Part shown: positions 17,484-25,999 of the stretch, piece after piece | Layout of the letters: each line of letters starts with the position of its first letter | Numbering within the stretch: the stretch's first letter is position 1 | IMG/VR virus record: IMGVR_UViG_3300012988_000001 | Coordinates: 1-64,000 of that record | Strand: one strand, 5' to 3' | DNA: 64,000 nucleotides | Notes under the pieces: model-generated | What the model was told of the DNA's origin: nothing | What the model saw: only the letters and a program-made list of their open reading frames with translations | Database searches by the model: none | Made by a program: the position numbers and the translations under genes

Positions 17484-17585
17484 AGTACTGGACATAACAA
17501 GCCAGTACTGTTAATATGTAGTCATTGGCAGATAAGCCGTAGCCCACAGGGTGCAGAGATCCGTCTATAGCTTTTAAGTACTAAT
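17484..17585 (+). ncRNA. CCCACAGGGTGC element, copy I
   Basis: TGGACA(17489) N17 TAATAT; core 17543-17555 then TCCGTCTATAG. Confidence 0.55.
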
Positions 17586-17607
17586 TAATTTTAAAAAGAA
17601 TGTAGAA

Positions 17608-17694
17608 AGTACTTGCAAGGTAGTTTGGTTAGTGTATAATGTTTTACATCGAGAGGGGGAAATGGTTCTCCCTCCGGTCACTAGGAGATTCACC
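17608..17694 (+). repeat. Promoter-stem-loop-RBS cassette, copy 14
   Basis: Leader nearly identical to copy 11. Confidence 0.85.
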
Positions 17695-18093
17695 ATGTTC
17701 ACATTAAATCATTTCTCTGATGTTGTTGCTGTTGCTAAAACTTTCGGCATCGATGCTCTGAGATACGCGATGGATAACCGTACTGTATCACCGGGTGCGA
17801 CTCGTACCATCTGTGAATGCATGGCGTGGTCTAAAAACCAAACCATCAACATTGATAACTTCAATGATGGCAATAACGAATTCAGCATTGATGCTGTGTT
17901 TACCAGCGAGAAGATTGCAGGTCTGTACATCACTGGCCTGAATGAGATCCGTATCTCTCGTACTGGCTTAGGCTCATTCTACGGCGAAGTACGTGAAGCA
18001 ATTGAGCAGGGTGTCATTACTCCTGAGCAGTTAAACACTGTACTGAAAGAGATCGCGTTGCGTAATGAAGCAGCGAAAGCGTTTGGGTTCTAA
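17695..18093 (+). CDS. Hypothetical early protein
   Basis: AGGAG RBS. Confidence 0.8.
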   Translation: MFTLNHFSDVVAVAKTFGIDALRYAMDNRTVSPGATRTICECMAWSKNQTINIDNFNDGNNEFSIDAVFTSEKIAGLYITGLNEIRISRTGLGSFYGEVREAIEQGVITPEQLNTVLKEIALRNEAAKAFGF

Positions 18094-18158
18094 TACCAAA
18101 CATCAAACACAAGGCCACTAGCACAACGCTGGTGGCTTTATCTATTGGAGGTAATACC

Positions 18159-18365
18159 ATGACAGCATATAGGGTAGAAGGTTGCTTAGGCGTAACTGTA
18201 GGACGTGTGAGCACTATCAATGAGGCAACTGCTTTAGTACTAAAGCAGATACCTATCAGCAATAAGACTATGAGCCAGCTAGCGGGTAAGCTATCCCGTA
18301 AGGCAGTAGGGCAACGGGTACACGTTGACTATGGCGGCACAGGATGTACTGTATTTGTGGAGTAG
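18159..18365 (+). CDS. Hypothetical protein
   Basis: GGAGG RBS. Confidence 0.7.
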   Translation: MTAYRVEGCLGVTVGRVSTINEATALVLKQIPISNKTMSQLAGKLSRKAVGQRVHVDYGGTGCTVFVE

Positions 18366-18571
18366 TGATTTAGTACTAACTTAGTTTTAAACTCATTCAT
18401 TCTAAAAACGGGTGAGTTTTAAAATGAATAGTGTACTGGTTAACATTTTCTAAAATAAAATCGATGGACTATGCAAAAAAAATTTGACGTACTGAAGGCC
18501 AGTCCCCTTAGCACGTCTTAAAAATCGTATATATAGAATATAACTTATTAAAATAAATCCTAGGAGGTATT

Positions 18572-19099
18572 ATGAGGTGGAAGACCCTTAACGAATGTAA
18601 TAGATATGAAATTTCGGAATATGGTGATATACGCAATATTGAAACCGGAAAATATAGAACATCGACAACTAATAATCATGGTTATAAGGTTCTTTCCTTA
18701 TACTTCGGTGATGGAACAAAGAAAATGTATCAGGTTCATCGGTTGGTTGCATTGAATTTTCTTGCACCACCATCTCAAGAAATTATTGATTCGTATTCAA
18801 ATTCAAAAGACAAAACCGTGAAAGTTGATCATATCAATAGAAATAAACTTGATAATCACGTTTCTAATTTACGATGGTGTACTACTTCCGAAAATAACAC
18901 AAATACATCCTTTATCCGCAAGGGAGGTAACTGCCCTTACGCTTTACTTTCTGAAGAACAAATAGATGAAATTGTTGCTGCTTACAATTGTGGTACTTTG
19001 GATACAAAGCACTTCGCAACTAAGTTTAACGTGAATCAGTCAACCATAAACAAAAAACTAAGGTCACGTGGAATTCGACGTGCTGCAAAACGTTCTTGA
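18572..19099 (+). CDS. NUMOD4-HNH homing endonuclease
   Basis: WKTL..YEISEYG.IRN (NUMOD4); VHRLVA..F; VDHINRNKLDNHVSNLRW...EN. Confidence 0.9.
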   Translation: MRWKTLNECNRYEISEYGDIRNIETGKYRTSTTNNHGYKVLSLYFGDGTKKMYQVHRLVALNFLAPPSQEIIDSYSNSKDKTVKVDHINRNKLDNHVSNLRWCTTSENNTNTSFIRKGGNCPYALLSEEQIDEIVAAYNCGTLDTKHFATKFNVNQSTINKKLRSRGIRRAAKRS

Positions 19100-19124
19100 C
19101 AGGTAGAATCAATTGTTGTATACT
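19096..19124 (+). promoter_or_regulatory. Sigma70-type promoter for paralogue array 1
   Basis: TTGACA N17 TATACT. Confidence 0.75.
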
Positions 19125-19151
19125 GTTGTCTACACTTTAATCGGGGGAACT

Positions 19152-19682
19152 ATGTCTTTATTTCAGGAACATATGAAGTTTGCTAATGATGTATTGCGTA
19201 TACGTAATGCAATGGTTGATGAAGAACTTAATGAAAGTCTTCGCATATTTTGGGAATATCGCAGTAATTATACGATTCGTATGTTTAAAATTCATGGCAA
19301 TACTTCATCAAGACCCATGTTATTTGGTGACTGTAGCACTATGCATTACACATTAGGCGATGACCAACTTGGTTCCGTCATTACTTCTAAAAGCATTGTT
19401 TACATACATGATGATAAACCAGCGTGGCTAACATTAGAAAGCATACCCGAACAATCAGTTGATATTGTTGAATATGATGAATCAACACACTTTCAGCATA
19501 GCTTGATTTACTCTGACACACAATTAAAAGCCTTGGTAGTCGCTTCTGTACTTCGGGCAAACCCTATTATGACTAAACGTAACAACACACCATCACATTT
19601 TGGAATGCGTTTTAAAATATACTGGTATTATGTTCCCATCCTAGCAAAACTATTGAGGTATAAAGATAATGGCATCTTATGA
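19152..19682 (+). CDS. FQxS-family paralogue
   Basis: DESTHFQHSLI. Confidence 0.8.
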   Translation: MSLFQEHMKFANDVLRIRNAMVDEELNESLRIFWEYRSNYTIRMFKIHGNTSSRPMLFGDCSTMHYTLGDDQLGSVITSKSIVYIHDDKPAWLTLESIPEQSVDIVEYDESTHFQHSLIYSDTQLKALVVASVLRANPIMTKRNNTPSHFGMRFKIYWYYVPILAKLLRYKDNGIL

Positions 19683-20148
19683 AGAAGACGTAGCATACGC
19701 GAACAAGATACTTCGGGTACGAACGGCAATGATTGACGGTACTCTATTCAAAGACTCGGCGTTCCAATGTATCAATATTGGTGATGGTAATTATGAAATT
19801 ACTTTTGACCATAATGGCGGCGTAGGAATAGCTACAATTGCTTACTTAGAAAACCGACCATTCGTTGATGATGACTGTTCATATGCAGGGTATGCACGAA
19901 TCTTATTCAATAGCGAAAGCGATCTCTTTACTGTTATGGGTAGCGGTGAACAATATCGTTATATTCCAACTGCCCCAGATGAGGAATGGTACTTTCAGGC
20001 AAGTTTGGTTTCGAATGATAAGGTGCTAAGGGGAGCCACTATTATGAAAACGCTTTCGGCAACACCAATGCCGGAATTCAAACAATTCATTATTCTTCCA
20101 AATATATTGGATAAAATATTAAAACGTATGGATGATTCAGGAATATGA
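19669..20148 (+). CDS. FQxS-family paralogue
   Basis: DEEWYFQASLV. Confidence 0.8.
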   Translation: MASYEEDVAYANKILRVRTAMIDGTLFKDSAFQCINIGDGNYEITFDHNGGVGIATIAYLENRPFVDDDCSYAGYARILFNSESDLFTVMGSGEQYRYIPTAPDEEWYFQASLVSNDKVLRGATIMKTLSATPMPEFKQFIILPNILDKILKRMDDSGI

Positions 20149-20609
20149 CATTTGAAGAAGACTTAGAATACGCCCATAAGGTTTTGCGGGTTCGCACTAT
20201 TTTGGAAAATCAAACTTATCTTTCGAATTCACGCTTTCGGCACTTCTCTTTGCGACCTGATGTTTTCGAATATCATATGAAACGCGGTGTCGGTGATGAG
20301 ATTGTTATTGGTTACCATGAAAAACGACAAGATGCAAAACATATCAATTACTACTCATGGGAACTATTGATTTACAATAATAGCAAACTTAACCGGATGC
20401 AGATTCCTATGACTAATAAAGCATTCATGTATCAGACTGATGAACTATGTGAGGAATGGCATTTCCAACAAAGTCTGGTTCATGAGCCTGATGTACTAAC
20501 GGGAATGGTTATCTTCAATGTCTTGGACAGCGTTCCAACAGATTTTGATTACTTTCAACTCAAGGTTCGGAACTTAGACGATATTATTATGAGGTATGAA
20601 CTACCATGA
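20145..20609 (+). CDS. FQxS-family paralogue
   Basis: CEEWHFQQSLV. Confidence 0.8.
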   Translation: MTFEEDLEYAHKVLRVRTILENQTYLSNSRFRHFSLRPDVFEYHMKRGVGDEIVIGYHEKRQDAKHINYYSWELLIYNNSKLNRMQIPMTNKAFMYQTDELCEEWHFQQSLVHEPDVLTGMVIFNVLDSVPTDFDYFQLKVRNLDDIIMRYELP

Positions 20610-21061
20610 CATTCCAAGAGACTTTTAAATTAGGTAACGATATTGTATCCATCATGAAAGCAATGGATGATGGAAAGTTTAATGACTGTCCCAATATTCG
20701 GAGGGTTGTTAATTATGATTTAACTTTTTATTACATTGACAAAAGAAGGATTGGTGGACTTAGCCATTCAAAATATGATAACGAAACAACCATCAGGCAT
20801 CATGGTAAGATTGTCCATCACCGCCAACATGCACAACGAGTTTGTATCTTTCATGGTGGTGAAATAAAAGAATTCTTTGCAGGTGATCCTATGTTGACAC
20901 CAACAGCGGAACAATACTTTCAAAACTCATTGGTATATGAACAAGATGCACACCTACGTATATTACTATGGTATGGTCTACTTTCACAACATACATTTAA
21001 ACATAATGACGTTATGATTGATTACACTCATTTAGACACTATTCGCGAGGCATTACTATGA
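20606..21061 (+). CDS. FQxS-family paralogue
   Basis: TAEQYFQNSLV. Confidence 0.8.
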   Translation: MTFQETFKLGNDIVSIMKAMDDGKFNDCPNIRRVVNYDLTFYYIDKRRIGGLSHSKYDNETTIRHHGKIVHHRQHAQRVCIFHGGEIKEFFAGDPMLTPTAEQYFQNSLVYEQDAHLRILLWYGLLSQHTFKHNDVMIDYTHLDTIREALL

Positions 21062-21555
21062 CGTTCCAAGATGATTTAGACTTTGCTAAACGACTTGTAG
21101 ATCTCCGGGATGCATTTGTTAATGGTGAAATGGATGCATATGGTTACCTTAAGCATATCGATTATGGTGATTCTGATGTATACAAATACACACTCAAAAA
21201 CAACTATCAACCACCAATGGTTTTCAGGGTTAACAAATATGGGTTTGATGGTGTAAGCAGTTTTCAATTCAGTGATGAAGGTTATATGTTATTTCACCAT
21301 AACAAACCAACTAAAATTTGGATGCCTACTCTTGAAGATTGGATACCAGCCAGCGAGTTTGTTTGCACTGAGGAATTTCACTTCCAACAATCATTGGTGC
21401 ACAATGAATACACGGTGAGGGAAATGTTAACTATTGCATATCTGATTGAAAACCCTTTACCAGAACAATATGAATACTTTAAATTGAACATGGTATACCT
21501 CTTCGAGATGCAACAGATCCTAATCAAGCTAAGAGACAAATTAAATGCCAAATGA
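21058..21555 (+). CDS. FQxS-family paralogue
   Basis: TEEFHFQQSLV. Confidence 0.8.
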   Translation: MTFQDDLDFAKRLVDLRDAFVNGEMDAYGYLKHIDYGDSDVYKYTLKNNYQPPMVFRVNKYGFDGVSSFQFSDEGYMLFHHNKPTKIWMPTLEDWIPASEFVCTEEFHFQQSLVHNEYTVREMLTIAYLIENPLPEQYEYFKLNMVYLFEMQQILIKLRDKLNAK

Positions 21556-22153
21556 ATACATCGATAAATTAGAACGTGTTCTGTACTTTGTTTCAACATT
21601 CCACAAGCGTGGTATAGAAATGAAGAAGCATTGGAATGGGACCAAAGAACTTTACATCTGCGAGCACTTAAAGATTGAACAGCCATACTATGAACCGAAC
21701 GGTGAAGTTACTATTCTTCTGTACGCTCATGACAAAGGTAATGAGGGAATAAGCATTGACCATGTTGTAAAAACTTACCCTCACAATTACCCCCATCCAA
21801 ATAATCCAAACGAAAAACTAGCAAATACTTATTACGATACCAGTTACTATCATCAATTCTTATTCTATAACAAAGATTGTGATACTATTGAATACCAACC
21901 TGAAACTCAACATGAAGCTAAACTGGATATCCCATCGTATGATGTGAACAGTGAGGGTGGAGAATTTCAATACAGCCTATTGCACGACGATGAAATGCTT
22001 GGTATAATGCAAGTTGTTCAACATTTTAAACGCAAGGGTCATCACTCTTTTGGCGATTGGATGCACCCTGCCTTTGATAAAATCTACGAGGAACTTAATG
22101 AATACTATGACATTGGGCGAGAAGATTACTTACTTGGCGACGGAATTTCATAA
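21545..22153 (+). CDS. FQxS-family paralogue
   Basis: SEGGEFQYSLL. Confidence 0.8.
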   Translation: MPNEYIDKLERVLYFVSTFHKRGIEMKKHWNGTKELYICEHLKIEQPYYEPNGEVTILLYAHDKGNEGISIDHVVKTYPHNYPHPNNPNEKLANTYYDTSYYHQFLFYNKDCDTIEYQPETQHEAKLDIPSYDVNSEGGEFQYSLLHDDEMLGIMQVVQHFKRKGHHSFGDWMHPAFDKIYEELNEYYDIGREDYLLGDGIS

Positions 22154-22622
22154 GAATCCACAACCGTTCGTAGCAGCGTTCAAAGCAACTTGTAATTTCA
22201 CACATTCATTCCGTGACTTACAAGGAATGGATGATACAGACGATGAGTACATAGAATGTAGTACAGGAGGACAAGTACTAATCTGTACTGGAAAGTTTAA
22301 CAACAAGCTACAGAACGAACGGTGGCATTGGGCTGCTGTACAAGACGATTTACTCATGTTTTCACCTCAAAGTACTTACAACCCTCATCTTTATTATCAA
22401 GTACCCTTTGGTGGAGACAAGATACAATTTGACAACTTCCTTACTCATGATTACACAGAAGAAGAAATGTTTCAGTACTCAACAACTCTAAGCAATGGTG
22501 CTTTGGAAACGCTAGAAGCATTCGTGTATTGCAAGGAGCACTGTACTGTTCCTTTTAAGATTAACTTAGCTAAGGTGAATTTAGACTTAGCAGTAGAGGT
22601 GTATAAACGATGTCAAGCCTAG
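22098..22622 (+). CDS. FQxS-family paralogue
   Basis: TEEEMFQYSTT. Confidence 0.8.
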   Translation: MNTMTLGEKITYLATEFHKNPQPFVAAFKATCNFTHSFRDLQGMDDTDDEYIECSTGGQVLICTGKFNNKLQNERWHWAAVQDDLLMFSPQSTYNPHLYYQVPFGGDKIQFDNFLTHDYTEEEMFQYSTTLSNGALETLEAFVYCKEHCTVPFKINLAKVNLDLAVEVYKRCQA

Positions 22623-23245
22623 AACCAATAACAGCAATTACAAAAGTCGTCCCTCGCAAAAGTAAAATTAACACTATTGATACTTTTGAAGAACTTGACA
22701 AATACATTACAGTACTAACTTCAATTCTAGATTACATAGATCGATTTGTAGGTCATCCGTTCTTTACAGACTACTCACATAATGGTAGGTATAATATTGT
22801 TAAGAAGACGCACGGTGTAGATGGTTATTGTTTAACTCTAGTAAAAGATGGAATAGAATTGGCCTCAGTTGGATACTATAATTTAGACCCAGAAGATACT
22901 TCATGGACTAAGGTTGACTTATCTGGTACTACTCATATCTATGGTTTTCCACAAGAGAATCAGAGTACATATTCTTATTACGATGCATGTGATTCATTAG
23001 AAGCAGATGTGGAATATAATATTGCAGATTACAATGAAACCATGTATACTCAGTTAGAGTTTGTCTATTCTAAAGCACAAGTTAATGGTGCAATGTGTAT
23101 GGCTAAGTTAGCACAAAGTGATCCTAATCGTAAGTACAGGCAGTTTGTGATTTATGAATATCCTTCAAGGGATTTTAATGTTTTACTTGAAGACCTAAAA
23201 GATTATATATTCGAACGTACCGTCATGCTGGCTAAGGGGTTTTAA
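22610..23245 (+). CDS. FQxS-family paralogue (variant)
   Basis: YNETMYTQLEFVY at the equivalent position. Confidence 0.7.
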   Translation: MSSLEPITAITKVVPRKSKINTIDTFEELDKYITVLTSILDYIDRFVGHPFFTDYSHNGRYNIVKKTHGVDGYCLTLVKDGIELASVGYYNLDPEDTSWTKVDLSGTTHIYGFPQENQSTYSYYDACDSLEADVEYNIADYNETMYTQLEFVYSKAQVNGAMCMAKLAQSDPNRKYRQFVIYEYPSRDFNVLLEDLKDYIFERTVMLAKGF

Positions 23246-23770
23246 ATGATTTTAACTGAAGAGTTCCAAGAAGCACACGATATATTATTATTTGTCTGTT
23301 CCAAGATTCCAGTACTGGAGCAAGGTTTCAAAGATGGACTACTACAAGGTAAGACTCCAAGTATCATGTTTTATGAGTACAATATACAGTATATTAGTAC
23401 AGGAAGTGGTACTTCAGATGCAGTCCAGAGTAATATAAAATTTGCTTCATTGAACAACTATAGTTTTATCAGAAGTGAAGATCATCGTAGGTCTAATGTG
23501 AATATTCATCTTGTATATAATACGGGTCCACATTTACGCTTAGGTAAAACAGTTATTGACAACTTTGATTACAGTGAAGAGAATGTGTTTCAGCAATCTT
23601 TAGTACTTGATAACGAATCAGCATTAGATTTAGATTTCATTACGTTCCTGAAGAATAAGAAGTTCAAGCAAACATTAATGTTCAAGCGTAGGGGATATTC
23701 TCTTGATGGATTGAAGATGATTAAAGAACGAGTAGAGGAAGCACTATGTTACCTATCCGACCAGAAATAG
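23246..23770 (+). CDS. FQxS-family paralogue
   Basis: SEENVFQQSLV. Confidence 0.8.
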   Translation: MILTEEFQEAHDILLFVCSKIPVLEQGFKDGLLQGKTPSIMFYEYNIQYISTGSGTSDAVQSNIKFASLNNYSFIRSEDHRRSNVNIHLVYNTGPHLRLGKTVIDNFDYSEENVFQQSLVLDNESALDLDFITFLKNKKFKQTLMFKRRGYSLDGLKMIKERVEEALCYLSDQK

Positions 23771-24288
23771 TTGAGTACAGTGAAGAATTAAAAAAGACAA
23801 TTCAGCTAATTAAAGAAACCAATGCAATAGCACATTTAGTTCACAAAACAGGAATGTGGTCTAATAATAATGTACAGATCAGTATTGACAATTATGAAGT
23901 ATTCTGTATTAATGATTGGGAAAGTACCTTTAAATTCTTTGTAAGTAATTACGATATGATTAGTGGTACAAGTGATTATAAAGAACATAATGACGGTTCA
24001 GTAGTTAAGTACAGAGATAGTTCAAAAGAAATCAACATATGTGGTACGTTGTACACAATGGAAGAAGCCTTTAGTAATTACGAAGAGATTTATTTCCAAC
24101 ACAGTACCTTAAATCATCAATGTGCTTTAGATGCTTTTGATATGTTAATGTATTTGCACCAAGATGGTTTAGAGGGTTCATTCTTATTGACAACCCCTAT
24201 GGACATTAAAGTACTTAAGGTGTTCAACATTGATTATGATATAATGATGCAAGATTCATACGAAAGGTTTGGGAGGTACAGAACATGA
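23746..24288 (+). CDS. FQxS-family paralogue
   Basis: YEEIYFQHSTL. Confidence 0.8.
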   Translation: MLPIRPEIVEYSEELKKTIQLIKETNAIAHLVHKTGMWSNNNVQISIDNYEVFCINDWESTFKFFVSNYDMISGTSDYKEHNDGSVVKYRDSSKEINICGTLYTMEEAFSNYEEIYFQHSTLNHQCALDAFDMLMYLHQDGLEGSFLLTTPMDIKVLKVFNIDYDIMMQDSYERFGRYRT

Positions 24289-24839
24289 GTGAAGCATATG
24301 AGTACGCAAGGAAGTTCATCAAGATTAGTAAATTGATGGACGAATGTATGCACACGATGACACCAACACAACGCACCATACAAATCCTTCCTTATATTAC
24401 AATGCATGAGTTCAACGATAAGATGGACGTGTTGTATTATAACGATTATCCTGTATTAGATCATAAGATCGCATGGGGTGAGGATGCGTTCAATTACAAT
24501 TTCGTGACGAATAAGCCCATAGCTCGTGGGAGTATGGATTACAAAGATGCGATAATTGTTGACACGAGTACGAATATGTTTTATGCTAATAGGGATGATA
24601 TACAGTCGGATGGTTCAGTACCGTACAGTATGGAGTTTCTTGACGCTGAAGAACATCTATTCCAGATGGAAATAATGTTAGGTGAACGCTACGAGTTATA
24701 TAGTATATTACACGCATTGCATATGCTTGGTTACGATAACCGAGCGTATGTGCACGTACATTCATTAAACGTCTTAGATAAGATTATAGATGACGTGGAG
24801 ACATACCTTGAAAACCACCGTTACAACAAAGAATTTTAA
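24285..24839 (+). CDS. FQxS-family paralogue
   Basis: AEEHLFQMEIM. Confidence 0.8.
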   Translation: MSEAYEYARKFIKISKLMDECMHTMTPTQRTIQILPYITMHEFNDKMDVLYYNDYPVLDHKIAWGEDAFNYNFVTNKPIARGSMDYKDAIIVDTSTNMFYANRDDIQSDGSVPYSMEFLDAEEHLFQMEIMLGERYELYSILHALHMLGYDNRAYVHVHSLNVLDKIIDDVETYLENHRYNKEF

Positions 24840-25371
24840 CATCCAAGAAGTTCATGCATATGCGATAAAGATGAAGGAGTTGGTAGATTATATGTTTGCC
24901 AACATCTATTCGTGTAGGAATTTCGGTTCCTTCCATTTTAATAAAAAGATGGGTTCGGTGCAGTTCAAGAACAACGACCCAGAACGAGAGAATCAAATTT
25001 TTTCAGTACAAAGAGTATCACAAGGAGTATGGAATGGTAAACATAGTAAGGTAGCCCACAAACCATTTCCTTTCAAATTAGAGTATTTTGAGAATGGTAC
25101 AGACCTGTGTATAGAAGTATCTACAATCAAGGGTAAAGAAGAACAGCATTGGGGATTAGATTACCACAAATATTATTCGAAAGAACAATTAGAAGATGAA
25201 GGTTTTTTATTCCAGCAATCATTGGTAATGGAAGAAGAAGCCTTATTTGGTATATGCTGTGCTTCGTGGTTATATCATATGAAGATGCAGTTCACATATA
25301 TCATTTGTGAATTAGATGTAGATGAAATGAACCGAGTACATAAGGTGGTGTTCGATGATGACCGACCGTGA
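24790..25371 (+). CDS. FQxS-family paralogue
   Basis: DEGFLFQQSLV; start uncertain. Confidence 0.78.
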   Translation: MTWRHTLKTTVTTKNFNIQEVHAYAIKMKELVDYMFANIYSCRNFGSFHFNKKMGSVQFKNNDPERENQIFSVQRVSQGVWNGKHSKVAHKPFPFKLEYFENGTDLCIEVSTIKGKEEQHWGLDYHKYYSKEQLEDEGFLFQQSLVMEEEALFGICCASWLYHMKMQFTYIICELDVDEMNRVHKVVFDDDRP

Positions 25372-25999
25372 AGTAATTCAAGCTGCTGATTATGTAGAGG
25401 AAGCGGTATTCCTTTTAGTAGAGATGGAAGAAATGATGGGACAGAAGATGAAGATATATGTTCCAGCAGACGGATTAATATTACACAATGAAGAACCAGT
25501 TAATCAAGCACATGTATTAATCAATTACAGCAATAACATGTATGAGGTATTTGATAATTGTGAGTGCAGTGTGAATTTAGGAATGTTCACATGGTTGAAG
25601 TATAAAATAGATGGCAAAGCAGAGAAGACCGCTAATACGATGCTACGTTCAGAATCAAATAAGTACAGTATAATTTTGAGTACAAATGCTGGTAGTAATG
25701 ATATAGTAAAATTAGTCCGAGCTAGTATGAATGTAAAATACGAAATGCATAAAATTGGCACACCTGAATGTGATGAGTATTTGTTTTTACGTTCATTAGA
25801 AGAAGAAGATTTCGAAATGAATGTTTTATTGTTTATGTACGAATGGCGTAGGCGTTATGGTCGTAATATAGTATTGCGAATTGGACGTGACCCAGTACAG
25901 ACATGTTCATTAATATTACAAACAGTTAAGGATGCATATGAAAAGTACATTGAATATAGCAGGAATCCAGAGAACGATACGAGCTTTAGAACAATATAA
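25355..25999 (+). CDS. FQxS-family paralogue (variant)
   Basis: CDEYLFLRSLE. Confidence 0.72.
   Translation: MMTDREVIQAADYVEEAVFLLVEMEEMMGQKMKIYVPADGLILHNEEPVNQAHVLINYSNNMYEVFDNCECSVNLGMFTWLKYKIDGKAEKTANTMLRSESNKYSIILSTNAGSNDIVKLVRASMNVKYEMHKIGTPECDEYLFLRSLEEEDFEMNVLLFMYEWRRRYGRNIVLRIGRDPVQTCSLILQTVKDAYEKYIEYSRNPENDTSFRTI

Larger units (their letters stand above)
1066..18135. other. Cluster of 15 Chi sites (GCTGGTGG)
   Basis: + strand at 1066, 1286, 6856, 10055, 11272, 11767, 14086, 14605, 15069, 16104, 17008, 18128; - strand at 3232, 5468, 12944. Confidence 0.85.

Noticed and set aside
897-17555. CCCACAGGGTGC element as a CsrA sponge or ToxI mimic
   Set aside because: It lacks the GGA loop CsrA needs. 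It shares only a short GTGCAGC with ToxI and is not in tandem 36-nt repeats. Kept only as a generic decoy hypothesis.
299-17694. Repeats as a CRISPR array or integron attC array
   Set aside because: The intervening sequences are whole genes of 200-600 bp, the repeats are promoters, and no cas or integrase gene or attC-type core pairs were seen.
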